64,000 bases of DNA from Tubulanus polymorphus (GCF_964204645.1 NC_134026.1:26508150-26572149), one strand, 5' to 3'. Counted from the first letter of the stretch, positions 23,201 to 39,400 are shown. A program made the numbers and translations. Notes: generated by a model from the letters alone, not told the origin.

Positions 23201-26200
23201 CGCTTGTGGTTTAGTTCTCTGAGCATTAATCTTGTTTTATATTATTGATGAGAATATCAAAACAAAAATTGACTCGAGTATTCATTCTTCTTTGAACCAA
23301 AAAGACAGTATTCAAATGGTAGGCACAAATCACCAAAATCCTGATTTCATAACATTAGTTTTTAAACGCATGTCTTTACTTGAAACATGTATCTGATAAT
23401 GCCTTGTTAATTTCTATTTCTATTTTTCTATTATATGCTTTTGGCCAGACATCATAGCCTCCAGTTGCAGTTGGCCCATATTTTTCAGCTGAGCCATACC
23501 TTTCCCGGTATAAACGGGTGCTAGATCTATTTGGAATGAACTGTGATTTAATTTCGGTCTGTGATTGCGGAATGAAAGAGATAGAAATTAATCCGCACCT
23601 GGGAATTAATACATTTTTTGTCTCAACATGTAAGGTTCAATCATTAAATCAGCGCGGATGAATTCCTTTTCGACAATCAGTCGTGAACTGATGATGAAAA
23701 TGTACCCCCACTGCGTCCGAATGACGGTAGTTTGTGACGTCTCTCTCCAGGGTTTACTCTATTATCTATTCATTCGTGCTATAGCGGCTTACTCCGTCAT
23801 GCCTGGTTACACAGCAGCCCTGGGATTCAACGATGGTCTGACGTCAAACATTCGAATCAAAGTAATTTTCCCAGGAAATCAAGTTTGAATCGAGCATGTT
23901 ATCTTTCAGCTAGAGTTAGGTATGATTTCATTCACTAACCTGCTGCTGTTGCTGCCGCTGCTTACACATATTTTGTGCTCTCTCTTTTGGAATTTCTGAA
24001 ATGATTCATGTCTGGGTTCACCAATCAAATTGACAAGATTTGTGATGCATAATCTATACTCTAATTAAGAGTATTAAGTAGAATAGAAACCGAAATGGTG
24101 ATAAATGTTAAATTGTAGTCAGCAGCTTGATTTTTTACTAGATTTTTACTAGAAAACTATAGTCAACAATTTCGATAAAATAGGAAATAAATCAAGTTTC
24201 ATTTGAGATCGATTCTATTTATCAGCCCCGAATGACCTTGTTCCTACACTCACCATGACTTTCGCTGTGACAAAGGGTTAAACGCTATAAAATCCTTTTT
24301 ATTCCTCACGTCGTTGGTAAGTCAATAATGTGCACGGCTGGCTGTGTAATCGGGTTGAGCTGCAGGGCTGACGTATTTCTGCACTTCTGTAATAACCAGA
24401 GAAAAATACCTTGGCTACTGAACATTTAGTCGACTAATCATCGGCACAAAGTGCATCTTAATGATTTCTAGGTGGAAATAACATACATAAGAAACATAAT
24501 AAAACAAATGTAACTGATTTTGTTAATTTGTCTAACATTTTGATGAATTTTCCCCACAGAATTTCGCAGAACTGTGCCAATCAAATAATTATTAATGATC
24601 GGGTATTCATATGATAACTCAAAGGATAGTGGCAATTTCCTGTTTTGCATTACAAAAAACCCACATAATATTTATGTGCTTAGAATGTGCTTCCTGTTTT
24701 GTCTCACCTAGCAGGAAATGTGTTAAGCTGGTCGTATTCAATTCAGCGGATTTTTGAGAAAGTACTTTTATCTGGATTCATAAGAACTGAGGCTCAGTGC
24801 TGATGTTCACATAGAGTCTGGATGCATTTTAAAAATGATCTGACTATATTTACTTATATGTATAGACCTGCTATATCAAGGGGTGTGAACTATTGCATGG
24901 ATTTACCTGGGTATTTTCAACGCACAGTCCTATCTACTTATCAGATTCGATGAGAAAATTGCATCTATAATGGATTATGATCCAGGTGTGCGAAACTACT
25001 GTAGAGAAGGGTTGTTACATTTGGCAGTTGTTTGTCTTTTAACGAGGCACCGAGTTTTCTCGTGATATCTTGTCTGCGTAGACTTGTAAAGATTGAATAC
25101 ATGTTTTCAGTGTAGATAATCAAAGTAATAACTCTCTCCAGCCAACTCGAATATGAGACATGCAACTTGAGGCAAAACATAAGCAAGCATGTTTGTGGTA
25201 AAACATTTGAAAGAATAATTGTGTATCCAAATTTTTAACTGCAGCTTCTTCTGCTTCATATTATGTATATGAATGAAGTTTGGCACCAAAATATCGAGGA
25301 TCTTATGTCGAAATGTGTTCAAGCTTAAATGAGATAACAATACTCTCATGTCCTCGGGAAGAGATATAAAGACAAAACCTGAAATTTCTGAAGCGTGCAA
25401 ATCTCTTAAAATGCTAACAATGGAAAATAAGTATTTCATGTGAAGACTGAGAGTATATGAGCTGCAGGATACAGTTTATATTACCTGTATGTTTTATTAC
25501 GATGATATCTATTGATGTACTGCAAACTGAAGCAAATTCATCAGTGCGATCAGACATCTTTGTGTGGAAAGTGTTCAATATACCTTTGGTCTTGCTCTCA
25601 ACCTGCGCATTGCATATGTTTGACTAAAAATGTCATGTGGAAAATATCGATGACGCGATGGATGAAAATGTGACATCAGCTGTCCATGGGCTGATGTCAA
25701 TTTCCCTGTTGACGGAACAGCGAAGACACAAGATATTATAGGGTTGATTAGCGATGGTAATGGACTGGTGCAGCAGGTAGACTTACTCTTTTCTATCGTG
25801 TAGCATCTACCTTGATCAAAAGATTGGTAATTTTTTCCTGAATAATGGCCTGCAGCCAGTAGAATCAGATTGGCAGTCGCTGGGTCTGTTCACTAATGCA
25901 CACGACTGTAACTCAATCTACCATGCAATCAGAGCACAATATTACAGTATTATTTTCTCTGTCACTTCTTCTGGTAGCTGTTCAACTTCACAGAGTTCTG
26001 ATTTTTTGTTATGTTCTGGTTTCGTATTTGTTTCGTTTCGTTCCGTTTATTTGGTCATCTGGCAACTTGTCTGAATACAGTGTAATTAACGATATTCACG
26101 TCCGGCAGATTTTTTGATGCGTTCGGTAGATAGTTAACTCATGGTCAAATTGAATATCTGAATCATACAAGGAACATATTGCAGTGACGAAAATCATTTT

Positions 26201-26899
26201 ATGCATTTATGATGCATAAAATCCATGTCCTGAAGCCTACACTTTCTATTTTCGATAGAACAAGACTCTTTGTTGAAAAACAGAGATGAATCACTTATTT
26301 TTCTTTATTTAGCAATACAAGGTATGTTCTTCGATTAAAGATCGATACTGTTGCTGAGCCAATTTACTCTTTGTGTACATCGTAGCATTTTTTGAATTGA
26401 TTAACCGAGTTGAAAAAAACATCTCATTTAGGTGAGATCACCGGGTAATTTATTCATTGATAAAAACATACTGACCACTCTATAGTTAAATATTTTTGCC
26501 AGCTTTTAAATTGGTTAGCATGTAAAATGTTACTACCTGTACTATTTTACCCTGTGGGTGTCTGTCAGGCGTGGCCACACCCGTTTCAATGTCTGCACTT
26601 TATTTATAGCTATTTAATTTTGCCGAATCAAAAGTTTTCAGTGATGAAGCCGTTTTACGAAATGAATATTCAATAATCTAATATCTATCTCATATATGAG
26701 TATTCATTAGTTTATTTGTGCGTAGAACTATACTTGAATTTCTTCGTGTTGCTCTAAAAAATTCTTTCTCTATTCTTTATTCTTCTATCTTGAATATACT
26801 ATGAGATGTTTCCATGTGTCTGGCCGCTGATGGCTATAGAATTCAATGATACCTCACGAAGTTAGTTTCTGTAAGAATTTCATTCATATACATCAATCG

Positions 26900-27093
<194 letters not shown>

Positions 27094-28297
27094 CATATGT
27101 GGGTATATATAATAACAAGTAACGTGTCCCTTGATAACGTTGTCATCACCACTCAGTAGAGAAATCGGTCCACTTGTTAGAGATACGTGTAGCGAGTACT
27201 GGGTTAGAACTAAAAGTGTCTGGATTCTATGGATCAATACAGCTCGGAAAAAAGCCACATTGATTTACGGAGGTTTCTATTTTCGAGTATAGTTTATCGT
27301 TGTTGGACTGAAGGGAGACGAGCTTCTACTGAACGCATCGGTATATCGCCGCTTCAATTTATAACTGTGTAAGTTCAGTTCTTTATTCGTCATTTAGGAA
27401 ACTTGGTGTGGTCGTCTAACCTGCTATATATAGTTCAGCTTCCCCCCTGCAGTAATAATTCTTATTTTCATACCACGTCTTGTGATCTGATCGTCTTTAT
27501 TTTTTCTCCGCAAAGAAAACTCTTTCATCGATATTAGTAGTTTCGATACGGCGTGTCGTGTATGTAATCATTATTTTACCTTTCGGAAATTTGGCAGCTG
27601 TTGATCTTTCCATTTTACTTTCAATCAATTTGCAATGGCTGCATTGCTGCATGCTAAAGGCTGTATTCAATATAATTGCTACAGCAGTCTCATGGCAGTT
27701 TTCCAGATAAGTCTCGGATAGATGGGATTTGACAAAATAGCCATTAAACAGTAGTATGGGGAATTGATAGGACTTTTATTGTAATGGAGAAATTACAACA
27801 TGCTTAACTAAGGGTGAAAACTGTTGCGTATTCCTGCTTCTTGTTATGAACACACGTGATATATCTAATCACTATATGAAATTCTCTTTTGATTGTTTGT
27901 TCTGATTTACTTCTAATTTCATGCCGCTATTAATATTCACTACGTCAAATCTGTATTGACTCGAATACGATAAAAATTGTCGTACAATTACGCAGTTGAA
28001 CTGTTGATTAATGGTATTACACGTTATCTGAGCCCCGGCGGGGTATACCACAACACTATACAGTCAACTACTATCATCAACTGACAGTCTATCTGTTAGA
28101 CAGAGTATCAACTGTGGCCTTAGAGTTCACAGCGATACCTCGTATTACATAATAAGGTGTCAAAATCTAGATGAATATTACTCGATTACTTTGATTTTCC
28201 TGTTTAGGAGACTTTTCCTGACTAGACTAAGTCTAGGTTAGATGTGAACATGATCATGAAATCTGCTGCGGAATTGGCATCTATTTTCATAGATTAT

Positions 28298-28524
28298 CAT
28301 GGGCGGATCTAGGGTCTGATTCAGCGAGGGGTGCACCCCCGAAATAGGGCATAGCGTATAATTTCATAGCGGGCACCGCGAAAAAAAGCTCATCGCGACA
28401 ATTCATTTTTGGGATTACAGAGATAAAGCTTATGAATTCAAACTTTTTTAGGTATCAGTTTGATATTTTTCATTTTAGGGGGCGTCATGCGGACCCCCTG
28501 CATCGTCCCCTGGATCCTCCCATG
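28298..28524. mobile_element. Non-autonomous DNA transposon (MITE), possibly hAT-type
   Basis: 17-bp TIRs CATGGGCGGATCTAGGG / CCCTGGATCCTCCCATG (2 mismatches) with GC-rich subterminal regions; no clear 8-bp TSD. Confidence 0.7.
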
Positions 28525-30790
28525 TGATACGTAGAACGATGACGAGATTTTGTTCTTTTTCCATGAAATGTGTCTCTTCCTACCGGATATTGATAAGGCA
28601 TCACATAACCATGAAAGACCAGTGGGGACAAATCCTTCATTCCAATACTCTCGACCATCAATTGTTTTTCTGATGATTTATACATCGGTTGGACATAGTA
28701 TTATGGATAATATGTCAAAGTAGGATCATATACTTGTGATTTATAGAACAGTCATGTCAGTGAAACTTTATCAATAGGATACAAATCCCTTGATGGGTGA
28801 TAAATCTGGATATTCCTGGGTAAATATAGGGTATATTTCACGCTATCTCCAACTGATTAGTAAATATGGTAGCGGTCTGACTATAATTATAGCCATATCA
28901 AACAACTCATCAAAGCTTCACTGACCATGTTCTGGTTTTGAACCCGCTGTTATTCATTTGATGTTGGCCAAAATGTGAGTGTTAGTGCTAATATGATTTG
29001 GAACCTTTTTGAACTAGTTTTTCGATCGCTATGCTCCATGACTCAAGGGTGAAACCTAAATAATTAACGCGCCATTTTGATTCAACAACAAAGATTGATT
29101 ACTTCTGGGCAAAAACAACCACTTTTTTACTATCGTGACAAATCTGTAAAATTGGGGAGTGACACTAAATTTGTTTGCGCCACGAGCCATGACGTTTTCA
29201 AAGAAATGATGAAATTCAGTCAAAACTCTTATCGTTTTAATTAGAGTCTATGTAATGTTAGTGTTTTTATATAAAGTTTCAGTTTGCACAGTTTCAGACA
29301 TGTGCTCAATGATGTCACCAAAATTTCAAACATAAAATGATTGACGATAATTGATTCAATGGCTATAATAATGATGTTTGATCATCGTCGACTTCGCCAA
29401 ACTGAAATTAATGTTCTTCTTTGATTTCGGGCAACACTTTCAGCATCCAACGCGATGCTGCCTGAAAGAATTCGATGGCAATTTACATTTTAAGGAGACA
29501 TCAGACTTGACTGATGAAAATATTAAATTGATTCATGATATGCTATTATTGTTCAGTGAACAGCCTGGCAGTCGTGTCGTTGAAAATTGTTGCCATCTAC
29601 ATTTTACTTCTTTCTGATTCAAAAAATACCTTGTCTTCATTCTGTAAGTACTTTCTTTGACGTTTTATATGAAAACTTATACAAGCTGGAAATTCAAAGG
29701 AGATATGTTAGGTATTTGGGAACAATAATCATCATTTATTATGCCTTTTTAAACTGGAAATTGGGATATGATTTGTTGCTATTCTTCCAAAGCTGGTACC
29801 GACTGAGTTGAGTTGTTTAACCCCGCATCAAGAAGAAGATTGTTCTTATCTGATGATATTGTACAACTGTAGCCTCTACTATTTTCAGCATTTTATCAAA
29901 AGCGAGTCTCTGCAGTAATGGCTATTGACACTTAGTTGGGGTCTAATGGATCACAGTTTTGCATAGTCTGTCAAATGCGATATTCTTGCTCGATGCAGCT
30001 GACAGTCAGAGAATATTGCTGCCAAAATATTTTCTGCTTTCCGGATCTTCAAAGATCTTAAGTTCATGAATATGCTATGAAAGAAATGCTCAATCGTTTT
30101 AAGGAGAAAATGTAGAGTGCACTTGTATATTGTAATTCATGTTTTGTGAAACTCTCAGATATATTGATGCTTATGTATTTCCTAGCTGATTGGATTATGG
30201 AGTTCTGGGTTTAAGTTTTGGATCGTGAATAATGCGGCATAATTAGCGGACAGAATGAAAATAGCCTTGAACTATTTCTATAATATCAGAGATTTGAGGC
30301 AATTTTGTAATTTCTTATAATTTTTTACAACAGTTGTATAGTATAGTTTATTTTGCATAGTAGATTGAAAGATATGTAATTACAATATGATGCGGAACAG
30401 TATGAAAATATAATAACAATCATTGTAGCAATAGATTATGCGAGGAATTAGGAAAAGCGAAAGTTGGCTTAAACTAGTCCTAATCCCTCGTTCATTCACT
30501 CCCACATGCACACCCTCATTCACTCTCATATGCACACGTTACCAAACGTTAGGATACATGTGTGTGACACATTTTATCTGTTCCATCTATGTGAAATTGT
30601 AAAGCCTTGTTGCAGTTTTGTCGTAAACATTTGAGACTTGTAACAGGCAGCCATCGGTAGCTGAATATCATCAGGATTTCTGATAATTCCGGGTAAATGT
30701 CATGACACCGCAGCCGGCTGATAATTACTAACATCTTGTTACCCTTGACGGCAAATAAGCGAGATAAAGAAATAACTTTGATTTTCACAC

Positions 30791-30830
30791 TGACGTCAAT
30801 GCTGAGGCTTGGAAAAACTGCCTGACGTCA
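30791..30830. promoter_or_regulatory. Pair of full CRE palindromes (TGACGTCA)
   Basis: TGACGTCA at 30791-30798 and 30823-30830. Confidence 0.45.
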
Positions 30831-31928
30831 TGAAGCACCTACTGGTGGTGTACGGCAGCAGAGTAGATGACACCGATATCTCATCTGCCAATTTGTAACC
30901 TATCATCTTCTTGTTTCTTTATATTTGATGTATGAACCGGGGCCTTTACCTCCGCATATCAACCGAGTATTATTCATTAGGCAACTTTTTGACCCGTCGT
31001 TGGAAGCTCATATAAAACAATTCTGGACATTTCATCAGTGGCAAAGATTTACCGCATTGCTAAATGATCTGCAAATAATCGGGATGAAAGGTTTACATAC
31101 ATGGTTCTAGGCTATAATGATATTTCTGAAACGAGAAACCTTCGCGACCTCCCCCGTATAAAAATAGTCAATGCAATTTTTCCACGGAATAATGGTGCTG
31201 GTTAACTATGTTATGGTTTTAGGGATAATCTGGTATCTGTCAAATCAATATGATGTATCGATTAGTTATTGATCGTGGAAAAACCTCGCGGCTCATCGGA
31301 AACATTAGTTACCAATAGAAAATTGGTGGAACCTTTGAAGTTTTTATTAATACATGGGATAGGTAAGGATATACTTTATGTTCAGTCGAAAAAAGCAAGC
31401 AACTGGGCTGGGTAAGACAAGTGTTGTGGGTGTGTGATTCAAGCAGGTGATGTTGTAACTTATTTTCCACTTACGGTAGATATAATGGTCAGGCAGCTCC
31501 GCTCTGAACTAACCATGATTTGTTTAGTTGATAGATGTGAAATGTTGACCCCGCGTGAGCTAAGCCACCTCATCATCGTTCAACCTCTGCACGCTGTTGA
31601 TGAGAACTGTAATGTCGGATCATTAGAGAATGAACCTATAATAATCCGGAGAACTGGCGGAGAAAATTTGTGACAACTCGCACGTTTTTAACGAGGGCCT
31701 GTTATAACCAGATAATAACGACCGACCGTGAAATAGATACGTCATGTTTACTGGATGAAAATCTGAGCGGGAAATTAGTTAGATAATTTGATCAGGTTAC
31801 ATGATAGCCTCAAATCAGACACCCAAAGGTTTCATTCACCACTAGGGTTATGCTGCATATGAATCCGTGACAGCACCGACAACGAGACAACATTTGATTA
31901 TCTTAGAGATAATTTTGGGTATGCTTTA

Positions 31929-32152
31929 AAGGAGAATTTCATAGGCGAATCATTCGCCGTATATTTTATTCGGGAGACGGAGTTTGATGTGAATTCGATC
32001 AAATGATTACATGATTCAGTATTTCACACTGGGCGAAATTAGCAATCGCCGATTAAAAATGCGGCTATCATATCTAGCATGTTCGATTTGTCCAATCCCT
32101 TGGCGCGCAGCGCAAAATTTGGCCCAGTAAATTCGCCTATGATATTAGCCTT
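31929..32152. mobile_element. MITE-like element with 22-bp imperfect TIRs
   Basis: aaggagaatttcataggcgaat ... attcgcctatgatattagcctt (3 mismatches); noncoding interior. Confidence 0.65.
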
Positions 32153-33595
32153 GTCTGCCAAGGGCTTAAAAGTTGATATTATTAGTGAATATCATACTGC
32201 GAGTTCTAACAACGTTTTGATTGGAAAATATAGCAGATTAAGAGAGCTTGACATAGTTAACAGCTAAGACTTGTGTTTATATTGATCCTAAACATATATC
32301 CAATACCAAAACCTATTTTGTCGTGATGGCTCTTCGTGTGTCTTCTACGAAGCGGTTTCAGATGGAATATGGGAATTTTGAGTGTTGATGTGTATGCATA
32401 ATTCATTGAATGTATCGAGAATGAATTACCAGAGAAAATACTGTCCTGTCAGATTCGAAATGTGTTTATTGTGGCATAAACTTTATGTTACCTCTCTGAG
32501 TTGATCCAGTGGCATATCGTCTAATCCTCCGTCTAATCCTCTGTACTAATCATGTTTTTAACCAGTTAATTTCCAATGGGTACAGACAGCCTGTCTTCAT
32601 CAGTATCAATTTTTCTTGATCTTGTACATCAGTTCTTTTCATCCTTGCTGTGAAGTGCAAATTACTACAGCTTTGAACTGGTGTCCGTCTATCAGGGAAC
32701 ATAGATATTACACTTCAGTCAATCTATTTGAACATGCCTTGTTAAAAGAATCTTGTTGAATTTGCCACTTTATGCAGATTGAATTAGCAGCTGTTATTTG
32801 GATATTAGGAAAATTCTCTGCACTGCTCTCCTTATAAACCGTCAAAACACTTTTTGAAATATTACTGCTCCATTGATGCAAATGAAATGTCATAGTTCAC
32901 CATTTAAGAATCTCAGCAAGACGGGAAGTGCTGACATTTATGTTTTGCTTTGATGTTACTTTTAGATTCATATGGTGAATGGAGATTTCGGAAACTAAGT
33001 ACAGGACAATGATGAATATTGCTTGGCTCTTACTCTATCAATATTGCAGGATGTGATTCTTTTCAATCTTGATTTTAAAAAACATCAAACATTTTAACAA
33101 TAGATACAGACCTCAGTAGATTTAATAAGGTTAGCCGATTAGAATACTTAATGAATATTTTGATACATAAAATGCAGTATTAAGTTAGCTCTTCGCATTG
33201 ATATATGGATTTGCTGCCTCAGAACTAATCTGAAAAGTGTCTGTAATCATAGACTCTTAGAGGCTATGGTATTGTCATTGATCATTGATGCGAATAGCGT
33301 TTAAAAGGGACCTGCACATTTTCTTCACAATCCGTTAACTTAGAGCAAGAAATGACGGTTGCTGATGCTTTTCAGCGAAATCGTAAGTTAAGTGTTATAA
33401 ATTGGTAACGTACATGTGAATTTGTCTTGCACGCAGTTCCATTCCATTATCACCTGGCGGTTGTCTTTATTACCCACAGTTCTTATTATTGATTCGTGCA
33501 GACGATGCAAGCAAGCGAGCACACTTCCACGTCCACCCATCCATCCAATCAGTATGCTTGGTGATGCAACACACGGTAGCAGAATGCTTCTTCAC

Positions 33596-33790
33596 TCAGT
33601 TAGACAACTCGTAACTGCTTGGACTACTCGATTTCTGTGACTAGGATTTAATGTTGAGATAATTTGTGGTAGACAGCAGAATTAACTGTCGACCCGTTAT
33701 ATAAAATACATTAATTTACACTGGGCTGGACAGAATTGTTGATTCAGTTTTTTCAGAGATAAAGTTTTTCAATCTATTCAGATGAAGCAG
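33596..33790 (+). promoter_or_regulatory. Candidate transcription start and non-coding first exon of the SCYL2-like gene
   Basis: CCAAT near 33545, Inr-like TCAGTT at 33596, consensus donor CAG|GTGAGT at 33790. The first coding exon starts with an acceptor (50865), suggesting an upstream exon exists. Confidence 0.35.
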
Positions 33791-36425
33791 GTGAGTACAT
33801 ATTCATGTTGAAAAGTCTTGAAATAATATCAGATATTTACATCAATTTGTGGAAATTGCTTTGATAAATCAGCGTATTAGTGTTGTGTTTGCATTAAACA
33901 AACTTGATATAGAATGAGCAGGCACCTGTGAATTGTTTAAATCAGTTTAAAGATTGGTCTAATTAGAGCAATGATTCTTTGCCAGCAGCATTTAGAAAAA
34001 GGAATATTTGCAACTTATCTGAGATACAGAATTGTATGTGCAATATGCATCTTAAGCAAATGAGTTTTCATCACCTTAAACCCCTCAGCAATTAGGTGAA
34101 GAGTTCTCTAAAAAAAACTCATCAACCATCAACCATCAACCGACGGAAATGAAGATTTACTATATGAAGGGGTGCATTAGTGGGTACAATTCATTAACTA
34201 ACGTTGCAACCATGACAACAATTAATTTGCAGAAATGCAGCCCATGGTATTATAAGACATACTTTTGTAGATCGATTGAAATGATATGTTATAAACGAAA
34301 ACCCCGAGGCAACTGCAGCGATAAACAACACGCAGAAGATCTGATCAGAAAATTGTTAGAAACCGCTTTAAGATGACATCAGACCATCGTTGTCATTAGT
34401 TGGATTTCAATTATCAAATGCTTTAATCCCAACATTATCGGGTTACCGATACTACACAATTTCAATGGTTTTATGCCCTGAATTTTATGTTGAGTTTGAC
34501 ATTTTACCAGTGAAGCAATACATCATTGAAGGCACTCGTTTAAGTTTCAGAATGCAGTTTTGATTCGAAGGAATTTACATTTAATACGCGGATTAAACAC
34601 TGTCAAGGGATTTATACGTGTAATGAAGAATATCTGCAACTGCGGAGTTAGTTCTGGATAAACAGTAGATTTTTCAATGAGCACAAGGCTCAAACAAGAA
34701 TCTGCAACATTTATCTCACATCAGTTTCTTTTTATGATAAAAGTAATGTTTTGCTTATCAGTGAGATGAAATTTTGATGAATATTTAAACAGTTTACAGT
34801 ATTTGAATGCTTTAGCTGTTCATTATGCTCATATTGATAGTGCAATTTATTTCAATAGTATAAAAAGTATAGTGCGAGATTACTGCTGCCTGGATAAATG
34901 ACTAGAACATTTCATTATGGGTGAATTTTGTCTCAAGTGACTGTAATTTGTAAGGAAAAATATCTACATTTACCGAAGAAATTCATTGCTGGGCATGTTT
35001 CATTTCATCATCAGAAAGCTATTGATGGCTAAATGAGACAACAAAATTCAATAGATTCCAAGAACCACTGATACTGTTCGAGGCCGCCTCGCTGTCCTGT
35101 TTTACTAATTTGCTTTGAGTGATGATCATAGTAAATCAGCAGCCTTGCTTGTACAATATGGATTCTACTCTCAAAAGGTATCTTGCCATTCCAAGGTAAT
35201 TACAATGGAAAAGATAGATATGTTGCAAGGGCAGTTAGTCAATAGAAGGATTGGCTACCTTCAAAATATAAACATGTTAATTGGTTGAAGGAAAATTTAT
35301 GTCTCGAGAAAAAATGTAAAGTCTCAAGAATTTCTTAGAAAAGCAGTTGTTGAAAGGCAATTATGTAGTCTAGTGGTGCCAATTTACAGTCCATGGAAAT
35401 ATCCCTGCTGTAACCTAAAACTGACACTCAAATATCCATCTTGGTTTTACTGGGTGTGATGTTCTCTGGTTTTTTCTTCGATTTCAACCTTTCCGTTGAG
35501 TGAAGTAATGAATGTTATTGCTACTTTTATCGCACTGGTCCCCTTAATTTGTCCACCCTGGGGAATCTAATTATACATGGCATGTCGTGAGAGTAAAGAG
35601 CTCCTGTGATACTGAGCCCCGGTAGAGAAGCTCGACGGTGAATCGAGAATAGAAACAGTTACTTCATTTATACAGCAATATGTATTTAGACATTGGTCAC
35701 GTTGAATGAATTTCAGAACATTCTATTTCTTTATGGTTGCCGTACATTGGATGCATTTAATCTAGTTTTTTGGACGTTGTAATTACGAAGAATTCTGCAA
35801 AATAAATAGCGTAGTGTGAGTCACGCTTTCAATCATATTACTCTTTAAGCTGCAATATGTTTATATCGGCGCCAGTCAATAAAGGATTAATTCTTCGTTC
35901 TAGTCTTCACCATTGATGTCGTCCTGTACATGATAAATGCAACCATGTCTTTATGAAAAACCGGTACACGAAGCAGCTTTTAGTTTCCAGTGAACGAAAA
36001 TCAGAAAAATCGTGGCTACGTGTGTGCAACAGCCATAGAGTATTACTGATTTGAATTCCGATGGTGGTGATATCATTCTCTGAATCGCGTGTAGAGTTAT
36101 CACCCAGTTCCACTCTGTGGATCATGAAGAATGCTGCTGAGGCAGCTGCGATACCGTGTAAGTGATATACATGTAGGAGTTGGTCAACTCTGATAAATTC
36201 CCATAAAGATTTATTGATATGTTTCCGTGATAATAATCTCGGCAAAATCCACTTCACGCTTTCCCATGCCTTATTCTTTCTTTTTCATTTCGTTTCATTA
36301 TATCTTTCTTTTGCCTCGCAGCTGACACAAGAAGCCAGTATTTTTCCATTAGTCAGTCCTGATGCTTCAGGCACTTCATCAGTGATGGAATTTAACAGAT
36401 TTTCCCATCTTCGGCTCACTCGGTA

Positions 36426-36463
36426 CATCATCATCATTATCATCAGCAGCATCATCATCATCA
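36426..36463. repeat. Imperfect (CAT)n trinucleotide repeat
   Basis: catcatcatcattatcatcagcagcatcatcatcatca. Confidence 0.8.
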
Positions 36464-39400
36464 TGCAATATCTGTTGCTTCATATTTCAGGGCTTTTTTT
36501 ACAATCGTTGGGAAAAAACAACGTTGAAATCATGACAGTTATTATTTCTCTGACTAGCTTCAAAGCCTTTAGCTTGGGATTAGTTGTTACTTTTTAAATG
36601 CTTTGAACAGTGTTGAATGAAGTTTGAGGCATCTCTTTTTAATGTAAACATCATAGATTGAATGAACACGTGATTTTATATGAAGCATAACACACACACA
36701 TATTGGTTAATGTGTTTTGATGTCTACTTATACAATCTCTTCAATTAGTGAATCGATCCATTATATGATTATCTGTGACACTCCTTGCTATGAAGTGTTG
36801 CTAGCAATTTTGTGGCACACTTTTGTTTACTATGTTTGCCTTTGGGTTGAATGTTGACTTCAGGCAGAGGTGCGTCTGAGAGAGGCAGCCATTGTTACTT
36901 AAATTTCCCAGAAAACATGGGCTGTGGTTGAGTTTTTAATACAACGTATGAAAACTCCCAAGCTCTCGGCTAAGAACCTCAAAATTATTTTCTTGAAATT
37001 TTCTTTCGCCTTATGCGATCCTAGGTGAGCTGAAACTAGAAGGTATTTGCATAATTCGCATTGATTCAATCGTCAATTATTGATGAAAATAGAGCCATTT
37101 CGAAAGGTGAAAATCTTGAAAATGAAGCATTCTAGAATTAGGTGTGTATGGAATCAAGATGCAATGAATATTTTAGAAAGCATTCACTGTAAAGATGAAT
37201 CTATAACTGCAGTTTCAGTGTGGCTTGTCATACCTACAGTAACAAGGTTGACATTTTCTTGCCGTGGAATTTATGCTGCTGAAGTTCATGCATGATTGCT
37301 ATCTCTTTCTACTATAGTACTCTTGTCAAAGATGAATGGATAAATGGTGCGATGCTCTCATATCATAATTACCCCTACGGTATCAGTTATTAATATGCAA
37401 CTTCATTAGTCATTACTTTTAAGTAGATAAGACAGAACTAAGGGGGGTATATGAAAGATATTGTGTATTATGATTTTCATTGATTAAAAGCTTATAGAAT
37501 ACTGTTTGAGATGTAAAACCATTGCCAATGAACACGATTACAAACCTAAACCGATCTTTCCATTTTATCCGCCGATAATATCTTAATTTCTGGCATTTGT
37601 ATACACTACAATGCATTGCAGAAATTCCTTTACTTTCTAACTAGATTCAAAACTAATAATTATTAAATGAATCTAACACATCCATGTAATGTTACTGGTA
37701 TGTGTCACTTCTAACATTTCACGGTTACTCAGTGCATTTTTTTATGTCATAAACATTGCTACGTATAATTCACAAAGTCAACTGGTGTTGTATGTGAAGG
37801 AAGTATAAATCCCCCTCAAAGAAGCCCATTTTTATTCTATCCATGCTATACTGTGAATTTTTAGACCTGTCACAGTATATGATGAAATTAGTCAGCCAGT
37901 GTCTTTCTACAACAGACGTGTCGCGCTTTGCCCGTTTGTTGTGATATTATATCTCAGTTCGGTGTTGATAATTCCAGCTTACTGTGGGTAGCGAAGATAT
38001 CCTTACCGCTTGTATCCAGGTACCTGGAGCCCAGCTTGCCGTGTGTCTTCCCTGACCACTCAGCCCTACAACGACAAGCTTTTGAGATCATTAACATGCT
38101 TTAGTCTGTCTTTCAGCATACGTGCATCATGGAAAAAGCTGATAGTATTGATCATCTCCAGGCACCGGGACTAGCCTCAAATTCCCATCGAGTGTTGGTT
38201 GCAGCTCACTGACTGCTTCCTCACTGACATCGATTGCATGTTTCTCGGTGACAATATTCAATTAAACAGCCATGTTGTTTTCTCATTATTATTGCCATGG
38301 TGTAACAGTTGCGAGATATTCTATTTCAGGACAAATCAACTTTTGAATTAAAAGACAATATTGTATTTCAGCGTTTTTGAATTACTTTAACAGTGGGAAT
38401 TCACATGCTGTCCCTGTAGGCAATTAGCCGGAGCAGAGGGGGCCTTGATGGTCATGCTTCCACAACCAATCAGTCAATTTTAGTCATGGAATATTAGTTC
38501 TATAATTATACATTCTACCATCTATAAATTTGATTTAGTTCCATTTTAATGGTTTACTCTGATGAATGAGAATCATTTCATGACCTGACATTCTGCCATT
38601 GGTTCTAGTGCAAGTCGTTCTACTGTGATATCTGAGTTTGATTTCATATTCTAGTGTAATTTCCATGTTTTTGACATCATTCCTATCTGTTTTGTATTGA
38701 TATTTGAAGATCTAGTCTTCTCAATGGTTAATTAAGTCATCAGTTTGGACTCTTGCTTAAGTGATACTCGAAAAGTTGCAGCCGATAATTGATTTATTAA
38801 AAAGTCTTTAAGATGAAGACATTACGTACATAAGTATGGCACGTACAGAAAAGTTTCTGTACCAGTACTTGAATTGAATTGTTCCTTTTACAAATCTGAA
38901 AGCTGTCGTAGAAAACATCTCATATAAGACCATTCTAAAAACACAACCTAAATCTTAGATGGTTTGACTTTTTATATCACATCATTTAAATGAGCTGCTT
39001 ATTGTTGCATGACTGTGAAATAACCCTCACTAATTCCAGTAAAGCATCTAATTCAATAGATTGGCATTTATTCCCACATGGCTTCATTTGGTTCACGTTA
39101 GCTCTTTAGGATGTTACATGTCTTTTTAATGGATTGACTTTTGGTTAGGTAACTGAATGCGTCATTCGTACTCACCTTAACAAGCATGCACATCTTGGTG
39201 AGCTATCACTTCAAGTAAACGGGTATGTTTACAAATTGACAAGTTGAGGGGATAATTGTGTAATAACATACAGTTTCAATGGCTTGCCTGAAGACATTGT
39301 AGATATTCATCTATATATATAGTTTTGTTAGTATGAAGGTCTTGCTATAAGACATCTTTTCGTCGCCATACACACATAGGGATCAGATTTTGGATATGAG

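Noticed and set aside
35907-36597. ORFs of 116 and 127 aa
   Set aside because: Composition typical of AT-rich noncoding DNA; one includes the CAT repeat.
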